Positions 25,956 through 36,254 are shown, numbered from the stretch's first letter. The stretch is DNA of 64,000 nt from Faecousia sp. (GCA_045650665.1 JAZRRL010000019.1:8454-72453); one strand, 5' to 3'. Program-made: numbers and translations. The notes: a model not told the origin generated them from the letters alone.

Positions 25956-27635
25956 TTATTGATACAGAGAGTATATAACCTTCCAGGTTCTTGTTTCCAC
26001 ATAGTTATCCAGATTCCACGCATCACCCTGAACGGCATATTCATGCAAAACTCCTTCACAGCCGTCCACCGCTTCCATATTGTAGTGGTATCGGATGCGG
26101 TCGGAATCCTCGGGAATCTGGCTGATCAGCTCGCCAAAGTCTTCGTATTCAGCGCCCAGTGCATGCAGCACTGTGGGGAAGATATCTGCATGACTCAAGG
26201 GTGCCTGGCTGGTCTGGATGGGCACGGTAGCATCTGCGCCTGCTTCCTTCACCAAAAGCAGACAGGTTTGCGGTTTGGCAAAGTAACCCAGGTAATCGCC
26301 ATGATCTGCAGTGATGATGATGGTGGTATTGTCATAGACCCCCAGTTCCTTCAACTGCCGAATATATTCCTTGATGATCTTCATATCTCCACGCAAAGCC
26401 TGGGACAGCGTGACATTGGCCTGATATTCCATGTTTTCGTTAAAATCTGCGCCGGGGTGAGATCCAAACATATGGTAGAACCGGAATGCAGAATCATAGC
26501 TGCTATTCACAGACAGCTTTTCATTTTGAATGGTGGCATAGAATTCATGATCGTCATTTATGGGGGCAAAATCCTCTGTGCGAACCAGGGATTCATCGTT
26601 CACCGTTTCCGTCATATAGGCAAACATGCCCTTGAAAGCATAGGGCGCACCCCGGAAGCAGGACACCTTGAGCGTCTGCCCCAGGAATGCAAAAAGCTTA
26701 ATATCCGTAATATTATTGGAATCCATGGTCTTGTAGTTGTCTACATAGGGCATGGCATATTCCCCTATATATCTGGGATCGGTATACCAACGAATGTCTG
26801 TACCCTGCTTGTCAATGCGATCCATAAATTCATTATCCCGGAGGGAATTGTCAATATAGGTAGGATACGGAATATCATTGAAATATTTTTCACCGGACAG
26901 CATATAGGTAATCGCCGGGAAGGTGCGGGCATGGGTGTAAACCATATTGGGATAGTAGGTGAAGCCATCCAGACCGTCAAACAGCGCAGGGTCCTCCGCC
27001 AGCGCATCCTTTACAATGTGACCATCGCAATAGTCAATAGTAAAATACACAACATTGTTCTTCTCGGAAACCTCCAGGCGGCCTTCCTCTGAAAAATACA
27101 GATTCTTGGTATTGTGCACGGAACGGTCATAGGTCAGATACAAGGACATAAAGCCGGTCAGCTGCATGACAAACAGCGCAACGGCCAGATACTTTGTAAC
27201 TGTAATAAACACTTTTTCCTTTTTCAGCTTTTTGCAGATAAGCCAAGCGCCAAAAACTGCACTGAAAATAATAAGCCATATAAAGGCGTTGCCCAGTTTT
27301 GCACCTCTAGACACATTCAATGTGTTGCCATCAAGGGCAATCATCTGGCCATTGAACAACAGAAACTGCAGGTAGAAACACAGCGTTATACCAAGAACAC
27401 CGAGATTGACAAATTTCAAAACCTTAACAGGCAGAAAACTTACCAATACGGAAAAAATTACCGCAGCAACCAGAGCTGTCAGGCCAAGGATTACCACCGC
27501 CGCATCCAGAGAAAAGCGGAAATCCGTGGGATTGCCCAGGTAAACCTCAATGGGCGCAAAAAACAGCAGTGTAAACAAGCCTACGCCGCTGAAAATAAAT
27601 GCAGAAAGCAATTTTTTGAAATATTTTTTCTTCAT
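25956..27635 (-). CDS. Membrane-anchored sulfatase/LtaS-fold protein
   Basis: Five N-terminal TM segments; NVVYFTID, RTFPA (Thr nucleophile position), HMFGSHP, IITADHG. Confidence 0.78.
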   Translation of the reverse strand: MKKKYFKKLLSAFIFSGVGLFTLLFFAPIEVYLGNPTDFRFSLDAAVVILGLTALVAAVIFSVLVSFLPVKVLKFVNLGVLGITLCFYLQFLLFNGQMIALDGNTLNVSRGAKLGNAFIWLIIFSAVFGAWLICKKLKKEKVFITVTKYLAVALFVMQLTGFMSLYLTYDRSVHNTKNLYFSEEGRLEVSEKNNVVYFTIDYCDGHIVKDALAEDPALFDGLDGFTYYPNMVYTHARTFPAITYMLSGEKYFNDIPYPTYIDNSLRDNEFMDRIDKQGTDIRWYTDPRYIGEYAMPYVDNYKTMDSNNITDIKLFAFLGQTLKVSCFRGAPYAFKGMFAYMTETVNDESLVRTEDFAPINDDHEFYATIQNEKLSVNSSYDSAFRFYHMFGSHPGADFNENMEYQANVTLSQALRGDMKIIKEYIRQLKELGVYDNTTIIITADHGDYLGYFAKPQTCLLLVKEAGADATVPIQTSQAPLSHADIFPTVLHALGAEYEDFGELISQIPEDSDRIRYHYNMEAVDGCEGVLHEYAVQGDAWNLDNYVETRTWKVIYSLYQ

Positions 27636-27763
27636 TTTGTTCTCTCCGTTTCATAAGCTATTTCTCATTTTATTTGTATTTTACGCAATTGTCAATGCTG
27701 TTTGTAGACAAAAAGCGTCTTTCGTGCTATAATGCAGATATTCTGTAACTTGAAGGTGAAATC

Positions 27764-29863
27764 ATGGAATTTTTAGAGGGCATCATTGCCTATCCCTTAG
27801 GGTTTGTAATGAATATCTGCCATCGGTTGCTTCGCGATTACGGCATTGCCATCATTGCATTTACACTGGTTACCAAGTTCATTCTGCTCCCCCTTTCTGT
27901 TTGGGTGCAGAAAAACTCCATCAAAATGGTGCAGATGCAGCCGGCCATCAACCGGATCAAGGCCAAATTCTTTGGCGACGCGGACTCCATTGCAGATGAA
28001 GAAGCAAAGCTTTATAAACAGTATAAGTACAATCCTCTGGCCAGTATTTTCCCCCTGCTGGTGCAGATTTTACTGCTGATGGGTGTCGTAGCGGTTATTT
28101 ACAACCCCTTCGACTATCTGTTCCACATGGATGCAGCGGTGATCTCCGGCATCAATCAGGTGGCCAGCGAACTGTCCGGCATTCCGGTGGCGGATTCTTC
28201 CATTCAGCTGACTGCCATTGAGTACATCAAGAATCCTGAATATGCCGACGCTTTTGCAGCCCTTCCCGGCATCGAGACTTATTGGGAGCAGATCGTCAAT
28301 TTTGATCTGCGGTTCTTGGGTATCAATCTTTCCCACAATCCCAGCATCGTATGGGGCATTACCATCGTAGTCCCCTTGGTGGCCGGTCTTTCCGCCGCAT
28401 GGCTGTGCGTTGCCCAGAACAAGGAAAATGTCCTGCAGGCCGAGCAAAGCAAAGCCAACCAGTGGAGCATGTCCATTCTGTCCGTTGGTCTTTCTCTTTA
28501 CCTTGGCTTCTTCGTTCCTGCCGGCATTGCACTGTACTGGATTGCCAGTAATCTGTTTGCCATTGCGCAGCTGTATTTGCTGAATATGGCAATCCCGCCT
28601 AAGAAATATGTGGACTATGCAGAGCTGGAAGCAAGCCGGAAAGAGCTGGCACAGCTGAATGCAATGGTAGAAAAGAAAAAGCCCTTCCAGAAGGATGTAA
28701 ACGCCAAACGGGAACGGGCTGACTACAAGCGTTTCTTCTCCATTCGCAACAAGCACCTGGTATTTTACTCCGAGCGCAGCGGTTTCTACCGTTATTATAA
28801 AGAAATTATTGAGTTTATTTTGTCTAAGACCACCGTGGCTATCCATTACATCACCAATGATCCTGATGACATTGTTTTTGAGCTCGCTAAGGAACAGCCC
28901 CGGCTGAAACCCTACTACATCGGTGTAAAGAAGTGCATCACTTTGATGATGCGTATGGAGGCAGATGTGGTGGTCATGACCACCCCGGATCTGGATAATT
29001 TCTACCTGAAGCGTTCCTTAATGCAGAAGGATATCAACTACATCTATGTTCCCCATGACCCCGCCAGTATGCACATGGGCTTCCGGGAGCATTGCATGGA
29101 CCACTTTGATACTATCTTCTGCACCGGTCCGCATCTGGCTCAGGAAATCCGCGCCACGGAAAAGGTCTACGGCACCAAAGAAAAGGAACTGGTGGAGTTC
29201 GGTTATCCTTTGATTGAAAATCTCATCGCTTCCTGCGAACAGCTGGAGCCCAATACATCTTCCAGAAAAACCGTTCTCATTGCTCCCTCCTGGCAGGAAG
29301 ATAACCTGCTGGACAGCTGTGTGGATGACCTGATCAACAGCATTTACGGCGACGATTACAAGATCATCGTTCGTCCCCATCCGGAGTATGTGAAGCGCTA
29401 CAGCGGTAAATTGCAGATGCTGGTGGATCGTTATCAGGATAAGGTTGGCGAAGGTCTGGAATTTGAATTGGATTTCAGCACCAGCAAATCCGTCTACAGC
29501 TCCGATATTCTGATCACCGACTGGTCCGGTGTTGGCATTGAATTTGGCTTTGCCACACTGAAGCCCGTAATTTTCATCAATACCAAAATCAAACTGCAGA
29601 ATGAAAATTACAAAAATATCGGTCTGGAGCCTCAGGAGATTGCCCTGCGAAATGTTCTGGGCGTAGCCTTGGAAAAGGGCGAAATCCAGGAAAAATTTGC
29701 CGATACTGTCAAATCCCTCATGGGTAACGAAGACTTTAAAGAAAAAATCAAAGCCAAGCGGGAGGAATATTTCTATAATCTTGGTTCCGGCGGTGTGCAT
29801 GGTGCCAAGTATATTATCCGCTATTTGCTTGATAAGAAAAAAGAAAAGGAGAATACCAAATGA
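27764..29863 (+). CDS. YidC/Oxa1 insertase fused to CDP-glycerol glycerophosphotransferase (TagF/TagB-like) domain
   Basis: N-half YGIAIIAFTLVTK..LLPL, QPAINRIK, YNPLAS, GIALYWIASN; C-half IAPSW, RPHP, SDILITDWS. Confidence 0.82.
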   Translation: MEFLEGIIAYPLGFVMNICHRLLRDYGIAIIAFTLVTKFILLPLSVWVQKNSIKMVQMQPAINRIKAKFFGDADSIADEEAKLYKQYKYNPLASIFPLLVQILLLMGVVAVIYNPFDYLFHMDAAVISGINQVASELSGIPVADSSIQLTAIEYIKNPEYADAFAALPGIETYWEQIVNFDLRFLGINLSHNPSIVWGITIVVPLVAGLSAAWLCVAQNKENVLQAEQSKANQWSMSILSVGLSLYLGFFVPAGIALYWIASNLFAIAQLYLLNMAIPPKKYVDYAELEASRKELAQLNAMVEKKKPFQKDVNAKRERADYKRFFSIRNKHLVFYSERSGFYRYYKEIIEFILSKTTVAIHYITNDPDDIVFELAKEQPRLKPYYIGVKKCITLMMRMEADVVVMTTPDLDNFYLKRSLMQKDINYIYVPHDPASMHMGFREHCMDHFDTIFCTGPHLAQEIRATEKVYGTKEKELVEFGYPLIENLIASCEQLEPNTSSRKTVLIAPSWQEDNLLDSCVDDLINSIYGDDYKIIVRPHPEYVKRYSGKLQMLVDRYQDKVGEGLEFELDFSTSKSVYSSDILITDWSGVGIEFGFATLKPVIFINTKIKLQNENYKNIGLEPQEIALRNVLGVALEKGEIQEKFADTVKSLMGNEDFKEKIKAKREEYFYNLGSGGVHGAKYIIRYLLDKKKEKENTK

Positions 29864-30069
29864 TCAATCCCACTTTCTTGTATGTTGACCCCTCTGTTGT
29901 TACTTACGGCATTCAGGCCATTGCCGGTGTTGCCATTGCGGTTGGTGCAGTGGTTGCCATTGCCTGGAGAAAGGCCAAGAAAAAGGTCGCTAAGGCACTG
30001 AAGATCGAAGAAAACAGCAAAAAGGAAGAAGATGCCGAAATCACACTGGTGGAAGAGGATATTATCTGA
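29860..30069 (+). CDS. Small single-pass membrane protein with YVDP motif
   Basis: LYVDPS, hydrophobic helix, basic then acidic tail; 4-bp overlap with upstream gene. Confidence 0.7.
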   Translation: MINPTFLYVDPSVVTYGIQAIAGVAIAVGAVVAIAWRKAKKKVAKALKIEENSKKEEDAEITLVEEDII

Positions 30070-30101
30070 TTCTATCTTTTCTGAGGAGGTAACGTACTTC
30101 T

Positions 30102-30389
30102 ATGTATGCCATTTACGTAAAATTCACTTGCCTGCCGGACAAGCGGGCAGCATTTATCCAAAAGGTTAAGGATACCGGTGTTCTGGAGGCGATTCGCGCC
30201 GAGGACGGCTGCATCCGCTACGACTATTATCTGTCGGAGAAGGATCCCTGCGAGCTATTGCTCATTGAGCAGTGGGAAACCCAGGAAAAGCAGCAGATTC
30301 ATATTGGCCAACCCCATATGGATACCCTTCGTTCCTTTAAGAACGACTACATCACCGATACAAAATTGGGTGAATTTGAACTGAAATAA
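30102..30389 (+). CDS. Antibiotic biosynthesis monooxygenase (ABM)/putative quinol monooxygenase
   Basis: IRAEDGCIRYD, LIEQWET...H...PH pattern. Confidence 0.85.
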   Translation: MYAIYVKFTCLPDKRAAFIQKVKDTGVLEAIRAEDGCIRYDYYLSEKDPCELLLIEQWETQEKQQIHIGQPHMDTLRSFKNDYITDTKLGEFELK

Positions 30390-30420
30390 AAAGCAGGGCG
30401 GAAATTCCGCCCTGCTTTTT
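30388..30420 (+). terminator. Terminator
   Basis: aaaaagcagggcgg-aaatt-ccgccctgcttttt. Confidence 0.8.
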
Positions 30421-30502
30421 TATGCATATATGATCTTTATTGCAAACGTAACAAAACTGTGATAAAATAAGTGTATCCCAAAATTTAGAAAGGATGATCT
30501 CG

Positions 30503-31156
30503 ATGAAAAAGTTTTTGTGTATTTTGATGGTAGCTGTTATGCTCCTCGGCCTAGTGGCTTGTACCACAGATGAGGACATTCGTGGCAGTGTTTCCACTGA
30601 CCCCACCAGCGAAGAATCCTTCTCCTTGGGCAAAACCAAAAATAACTGCTACGAAAACACTTTCCTGGGCATCAGCTGTACCCTTCCCTCCGAGTGGATT
30701 TTCTACACCGATGAGGAAATTTTGGAACTTAACAATATTGTGTCAGACATGGTTGACGAAGATGTGGCTAAGGCCCTTGAGGCAGCAAACATCATTTACG
30801 ATATGTACGCTACCAACCCCAACGATTACAGCTCCGTTAACGTCAATCTGGAAAAGCACACCGCCACACAGGTGGCAGCCATGAATCTGAAGACCGTTAT
30901 TGAAGCACAGTTTTCTGTCATTAAGAGTTCTTATGAAAACATGGGCTACACCGACGTCAATGTCCAGTACCAAAAGATCACTGTGGACGGCAAGGAATTA
31001 GACGGTGCTGTCATCACGGCAAAAATTTCCGGTTTGCAGTTTAATGCTACCCTTTTCTGCTTCAAAAAGGGTCGCTATCTTTCCAATGTCACCATTGCTG
31101 CCTTTGGCGCTGACAAGGTGGATGCAATTTTGGATTGCTTCACTTTCGATAAATAA
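30503..31156 (+). CDS. Hypothetical lipoprotein (PsbP/DcrB-like fold possible)
   Basis: Lipobox LVAC; LGISCTLPSEW; C-terminal beta strands. Confidence 0.7.
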   Translation: MKKFLCILMVAVMLLGLVACTTDEDIRGSVSTDPTSEESFSLGKTKNNCYENTFLGISCTLPSEWIFYTDEEILELNNIVSDMVDEDVAKALEAANIIYDMYATNPNDYSSVNVNLEKHTATQVAAMNLKTVIEAQFSVIKSSYENMGYTDVNVQYQKITVDGKELDGAVITAKISGLQFNATLFCFKKGRYLSNVTIAAFGADKVDAILDCFTFDK

Positions 31157-31204
31157 TACTTATAAAAAACCGGCACACCTTGTGAAAGGTGTGCCGGAAC
31201 TTTT

Positions 31205-32221
31205 TTATTCACCGTAACCCATGGGGTTGTTTTTCTGCCATCTCCAGGCATCCCGGCACATATCATCCAGGTTCTTGCCTGCCTTCCAGCCCAGCTTTTC
31301 TGCGCTCTTGGCGGGGTCTGCATAGCAGGTGGCCAAGTCGCCGGGGCGGCGGTCTGTGATCACATAAGGTACTGCAACCTCATTGACCTTCTCGAAGCTC
31401 TTGACCATATCCAGCACAGAGTAGCCGGTGCCGGTACCCAGATTGAATACCTCACAGCCAGCGTTGGCAATGACGAATTTCACAGCTGCCACATGGCCCT
31501 TGGCCAGGTCCACCACGTGAATGTAGTCGCGGACACCGGTGCCGTCATGGGTATCGTAGTCGTTGCCGAAAACACTCAGCTTTTCCCGACGGCCAACAGC
31601 CACCTGGGTGATGTAGGGCATCAGGTTATTGGGAATGCCACGGGGATCTTCACCGATACGGCCGCTGATGTGCGCGCCGATGGGATTAAAGTACCGCAGC
31701 AGCACAATGCCCCACTCCTTGTCAGCATTGGCCATGCCGGACAGAATCTGCTCGGTCATATACTTAGTCCAGCCGTAAGGATTGGTGCAGTTGCCGGTAA
31801 CGGAGGTTTCCTTCAGGGGCATTTCATTGCCTGCAGTATACACTGTTGCAGAGGAGGAAAAGATAATATTCTTCATGCCCACATCCTTCATCACCTTGGT
31901 CAGCACCAAAGTAGAATTCAGGTTGTTGTCGTAGTACTCCCAGGGCATAGCCACGGATTCGCCCACAGCCTTCAGACCGGCAAAGTGAATCACACAGCCG
32001 ATCTCATTTTCTGCGAAGATCTTGCGCAGCAGCGCCTCATCACGGACATCGCCCTCATAGAATTTCAGGGTCTTTCCGGTGATTTCCTGCACACGCTTCA
32101 AACTTTCGGGATTGGAATTACACAGATTGTCGATGACCACTACACCGTAACCGCTTTCCAGCAGTTCCACGCAGGTATGGGAGCCGATATAGCCAGCACC
32201 GCCTGTAACCAGAACGTTCAT
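31205..32221 (-). CDS. galE: UDP-glucose 4-epimerase
   Basis: GGAGYIGSH, HFAGLKAVGES, SSSATVY, YGWTK, LRYFNP. Confidence 0.97.
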   Translation of the reverse strand: MNVLVTGGAGYIGSHTCVELLESGYGVVVIDNLCNSNPESLKRVQEITGKTLKFYEGDVRDEALLRKIFAENEIGCVIHFAGLKAVGESVAMPWEYYDNNLNSTLVLTKVMKDVGMKNIIFSSSATVYTAGNEMPLKETSVTGNCTNPYGWTKYMTEQILSGMANADKEWGIVLLRYFNPIGAHISGRIGEDPRGIPNNLMPYITQVAVGRREKLSVFGNDYDTHDGTGVRDYIHVVDLAKGHVAAVKFVIANAGCEVFNLGTGTGYSVLDMVKSFEKVNEVAVPYVITDRRPGDLATCYADPAKSAEKLGWKAGKNLDDMCRDAWRWQKNNPMGYGE

Positions 32222-32408
32222 AATGCTACCTCACTTTAAAGTTTTTCTTTATTTTAATGCATCACGCAGAAAAAAGCAAGCCTACTAATGTACACGTTTC
32301 CGTTTTATGCTTGCTATTTTCAGCAAAGAAAGGTATAATGTTATGAGGAGTAATGTACACTCCCGTCTTGCATTATGCTTTTATCCGCCCCAAGAAGGAG
32401 GGTTTTCT

Positions 32409-34022
32409 ATGGATACGATTTATATCACCGGCCACCGCAACCCGGATACTGACTCCATTGTTGCCGCCATGGCTTATGCCGCTCTGCGCAACGCTCTGGG
32501 CGACCGGGAATATGTTGCTGCCTGCCTGGGTCACGTTTCTGACGAAACACAAATCGTGTTGGATCGTTTTGGTTTTCAGGCGCCCCAGCGCATCACCAGC
32601 ATGCACACCCAGGTTAAGGACCTGGAGTTCGATATGCCCACTGTTTTTTCCACCGCCGTTACCATGGGTCGTGCATGGGAGGAACTGAGTCGGCAAAGCA
32701 GTCTTAATGCCATTCCCATCGCCAATGAAGACGGCACGCTTTACGGCATGCTATCCCGTACCGACGTAGCTGACTACAATATGAATCTGGTTTCCGGCGG
32801 TCGGCTCAACGCAGTTCCGCTGTTCAATGTGCTGTCCGTTTTGGAAGGAAAGGTCATCAACGAAGCCGGTGAAAAAATTGACGAGATCACCGGTAATGTG
32901 ACCATTGCTCTGCCCCAAAGCCGGGAAAATCTCATGTTCAACGATCCGGAAACCGTAGTTTTGTGCGGTGACCAGCCGGATATGATCCGTCGGGCGTTGG
33001 AAATGAACGTAAACTGTCTGGTGCTGTGTCAGGCAGAACTTAGCGAGGAGCTGCGTAAATTACCTACCAAGACCTGCATCATTTCCACACCTTTCGATGC
33101 TTATCAGGCAGTGCATCTGATTTTTCAATCCACCCCCATTGGCCGCATCTGCAGCGGTCAGACGCTTTACTGTTTCCATCTGGAAGATCGGGTGGACGAT
33201 GTGCGGGAGATCATGCTCAAGCACCGTTTCTCCAGCTATCCCATTCTGGATGAAAACGAAAAGGTCGTGGGCGTGCTCAGCCGCTACCACTTGCTCCGTC
33301 CCCGTCGTAAGCGGGTGGTGCTGGTGGACCACAATGAGGCTGCTCAGTCCGTTCCCGGTTTGGAAGAAGCGGAGATTCTGGAGATCATCGACCATCACCG
33401 TCTTGCGGATATTCAGACTGCCAATCCTATTTATGTGCGTAACGAACCCGTGGGTTCTACGAATACCATCATCGCCAGCATGTTCCAGGATCATGGCTTG
33501 ATGCCTTCTGCCAATATGGCCGGCATGATGGCTGCTGCCATCATTTCCGATACGGTCATGTTCAAGTCGCCCACCTGCACGGATAAAGACCGCCGCACAG
33601 CGGAGCGTATGGCTCGTATCGCCAATATATCGCTGGATGAGCTGGGTCGGGAAATCTTCTCCGCATCTCTGGATTCCAAGACTGTGCATGATTTGCTCAC
33701 CTCGGACTACAAGGAATTCCACATTGCCGGTCATGATCTGGCAGTTTCTCAGATCACCTGCGTGGATAGTCCCAAGATGCTGGAACGCAAGGAAGAATTC
33801 CTGAAGGAAATGCGTGCTTTAGCAGCTGAAAAGGGCTTCTCTATGATCATTCTGATGCTGACCGACGTTCTGTTGGAAGGTACGCAGATCATCTATCTGG
33901 GTGATAACGAGATCATTCAGCAGGCATTTAACCTGACACCCAAGGATAACACACTGTTTCTACCCCATGTTATGAGCCGGAAAAAGCAGGTCATTCCCAT
34001 GCTGTCCGCTCTGTGGGGTTAA
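32409..34022 (+). CDS. ppaC: Mn-dependent family II inorganic pyrophosphatase with CBS and DRTGG domains
   Basis: GHRNPDTDS, VDHNE, IDHH, SRKKQVIP; inserted CBS-DRTGG-CBS region; GGAGG RBS before ATG 32409. Confidence 0.92.
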   Translation: MDTIYITGHRNPDTDSIVAAMAYAALRNALGDREYVAACLGHVSDETQIVLDRFGFQAPQRITSMHTQVKDLEFDMPTVFSTAVTMGRAWEELSRQSSLNAIPIANEDGTLYGMLSRTDVADYNMNLVSGGRLNAVPLFNVLSVLEGKVINEAGEKIDEITGNVTIALPQSRENLMFNDPETVVLCGDQPDMIRRALEMNVNCLVLCQAELSEELRKLPTKTCIISTPFDAYQAVHLIFQSTPIGRICSGQTLYCFHLEDRVDDVREIMLKHRFSSYPILDENEKVVGVLSRYHLLRPRRKRVVLVDHNEAAQSVPGLEEAEILEIIDHHRLADIQTANPIYVRNEPVGSTNTIIASMFQDHGLMPSANMAGMMAAAIISDTVMFKSPTCTDKDRRTAERMARIANISLDELGREIFSASLDSKTVHDLLTSDYKEFHIAGHDLAVSQITCVDSPKMLERKEEFLKEMRALAAEKGFSMIILMLTDVLLEGTQIIYLGDNEIIQQAFNLTPKDNTLFLPHVMSRKKQVIPMLSALWG

Positions 34023-34039
34023 TGGCAAAGGAGTAAATT

Positions 34040-34987
34040 ATGGGCTTTGAGACCCTGCTGGGCAACGACCGGCTGAAACAAAACTTAACAAGCAGTCTTG
34101 CCAAGGGTCGCATCTCCCATTTTTACCTGATTTCCGGCCCCCAAGGCTCCGGCAAGCGCACTTTGGCAAAGCTTCTCTGTGCGGCAATCTTGTGTAAGGA
34201 TTCCCACGCCCCCTGCGGTATCTGCAATATCTGCCGGAAGGTGAAGGAAAACAATCACCCTGATGTCATCACTGTAGATGACCCGGAGCATAAGACAGTA
34301 GCTGTTAAATTGGTGCGTGAAGCGCGGGAGGATATGTATATCCTTCCCAACGAAAGCGACCATAAAATTTATATTTTCCCTCAGGAATTGGGTGTGGAAG
34401 GTCAAAATGCGTTGCTGAAAATTCTGGAAGAACCGCCCCAGTATGGCGTTTTCATTTTGCTGAGCAACAATCCGGAACAGCTGTTGCCCACTGTGCGTTC
34501 CCGCTGTACGGAATTGACGCTGACCAGTTTGCCGGAATCCGTCCTGATTCAGGCATTGGCCAAGGATTTTCCAGAGGCATCTGCGGATGCTTTGACCGCT
34601 GCCGCAGCACGCAGTGGCGGGTACTTAGGTCAGGCGCGGCAATTACTGGAACAGGGCACGGATTTGCCTGCCCAGACAGAGCAATTTCTGACCGCCTTTG
34701 CGGAAAAGAACTCACTGGAATTGACGAGACTTTTGGCATCTATGGAGAAAAACAAGCGGGATCAACTGATCCCTCTGTTGGAAAGCTGGGCAGCTTTCCT
34801 GGAGGAGGCTTTGGCCTGCCGCAGCGGCATGCGTGCCCTGCATCCGCTGACCAAGGCTCTGGCATCCCAGCGCACTTCTCAAGAGCTGATGCAAGCCATC
34901 GGCCAACTGCAAAAATGCATTGCCTATGCTCAAAGCAATGTTTCCCCCGCCGCTATCTGCGGCTATTTGGCCTGGCAATTACGATGA
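34040..34987 (+). CDS. holB: DNA polymerase III delta' subunit
   Basis: HFYLISGPQGSGKRT, C4 zinc site, HPDV, NALLKILEEPP, LPTVRSRC. Confidence 0.92.
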   Translation: MGFETLLGNDRLKQNLTSSLAKGRISHFYLISGPQGSGKRTLAKLLCAAILCKDSHAPCGICNICRKVKENNHPDVITVDDPEHKTVAVKLVREAREDMYILPNESDHKIYIFPQELGVEGQNALLKILEEPPQYGVFILLSNNPEQLLPTVRSRCTELTLTSLPESVLIQALAKDFPEASADALTAAAARSGGYLGQARQLLEQGTDLPAQTEQFLTAFAEKNSLELTRLLASMEKNKRDQLIPLLESWAAFLEEALACRSGMRALHPLTKALASQRTSQELMQAIGQLQKCIAYAQSNVSPAAICGYLAWQLR

Positions 34988-35024
34988 AATCTGCGGCATT
35001 TGCCGTTTCAATAAGGAGTAACCA

Positions 35025-36254
35025 ATGGAAAACAACAAAAATACTGCCGTAGAGGTTGTGGACATTCAGTTCCGCCCCGGGCAGAAGATTTATTATTTTT
35101 CCCCAAACGGCTTGACCTTCAAGGCCGGTGATCACGTGATCATCGATACCGCACGGGGTTCTGAATTCGGCATCGTTGTTGCCGGTAATCACAAGATCCC
35201 CGGCAAGGATGTGGTATCTCCCCTGCGCAATGTTCTGCGAAAGACCACCGCACAAGATGAACGCATGGTGGCAGAAAATCTGGCTACGGAAAAACGTGCC
35301 TACGAGGTGTGTCTGGAGAAAATTGCCGAATACGGTCTGGATATGCAGCTGGTCAGCGCAGAATGCTCCTTCGATGGCAGCAAGATTCTGTTCTTCTTCA
35401 CCGCCGACGAGCGTGTGGACTTCCGGGAGCTGGTAAAAAATCTGGCATCCACCTTCCATACCCGCATTGAGCTGCGTCAGATCGGCGTCCGTGACAAAGC
35501 CAAAATGGTTGGCGGCTTTGGCATTTGCGGTCGTCCCTTCTGCTGTACCACCTTCCTGGACGATTTCCAGCCGGTGTCCATCAAAATGGCCAAGACCCAG
35601 AACCTGAGTCTGAATCCCACCAAAATTTCCGGCACTTGCGGCCGTCTGATGTGCTGTCTGAAATATGAGCAGGATGCTTACGAAGATCTGCTGCGCTCCG
35701 CACCGAAGATGGATTCCTTTGTGGATACCCCCGAGGGTCGTGGTACCATCATTGAGGTGGATCTGCTGCGCCAGCGGGTAAAGGTTCGTCTGGAAAAAGA
35801 GCCGGATTCTATCGTCAATTATCCCAACGCTGAAATCGCAGTTCTGCGCAGCGGCAAGGCCAAAAAGACCGATCCCCCCATTCCGGAGGATCTGGCCCCT
35901 ATTTCCGGCAACGGCAAGTGCAAATCCCGTGAGGAAAGTGAAAAGCGCACCTTCCTGGATCCCATCAAATTCTTTGAGGAGACCGAGGAACTGCACGCCC
36001 CTGCGGAAGAGCCCGCAGCCAAGGAAAATGAAGGCGAGGACAAGGCAAAGCGCAACCGCCGCAATCGCCATCACAACAAAAACCGCAGCGAGCAGAAGGA
36101 GAATGCTCCTCAAGCTGCAGTACCGAAGGCGGAAACACCGAAGGGCGATGAGCCCAAGGCAGATACCCCCGCTCCTCAGGGTCAGCAGAAAAAGAACAAC
36201 CATCGCCGCAACCGGCATCGTCATCACAAGCCTAAGCAGAATCATGCACAATAA
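35025..36254 (+). CDS. ricT: PSP1-domain protein RicT/YaaT with disordered Arg/His-rich tail
   Basis: RVDFRELVK, RIELRQIGVRD, CGRPFCC, ISGTCGRLMCCLKYE; follows holB. Confidence 0.9.
   Translation: MENNKNTAVEVVDIQFRPGQKIYYFSPNGLTFKAGDHVIIDTARGSEFGIVVAGNHKIPGKDVVSPLRNVLRKTTAQDERMVAENLATEKRAYEVCLEKIAEYGLDMQLVSAECSFDGSKILFFFTADERVDFRELVKNLASTFHTRIELRQIGVRDKAKMVGGFGICGRPFCCTTFLDDFQPVSIKMAKTQNLSLNPTKISGTCGRLMCCLKYEQDAYEDLLRSAPKMDSFVDTPEGRGTIIEVDLLRQRVKVRLEKEPDSIVNYPNAEIAVLRSGKAKKTDPPIPEDLAPISGNGKCKSREESEKRTFLDPIKFFEETEELHAPAEEPAAKENEGEDKAKRNRRNRHHNKNRSEQKENAPQAAVPKAETPKGDEPKADTPAPQGQQKKNNHRRNRHRHHKPKQNHAQ

Noticed and set aside
35900-36254. Arg/His/Asn-rich low-complexity stretch as a novel repeat or separate gene
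   Set aside because: It is the in-frame disordered tail of RicT/PSP1, which is common in Clostridia.
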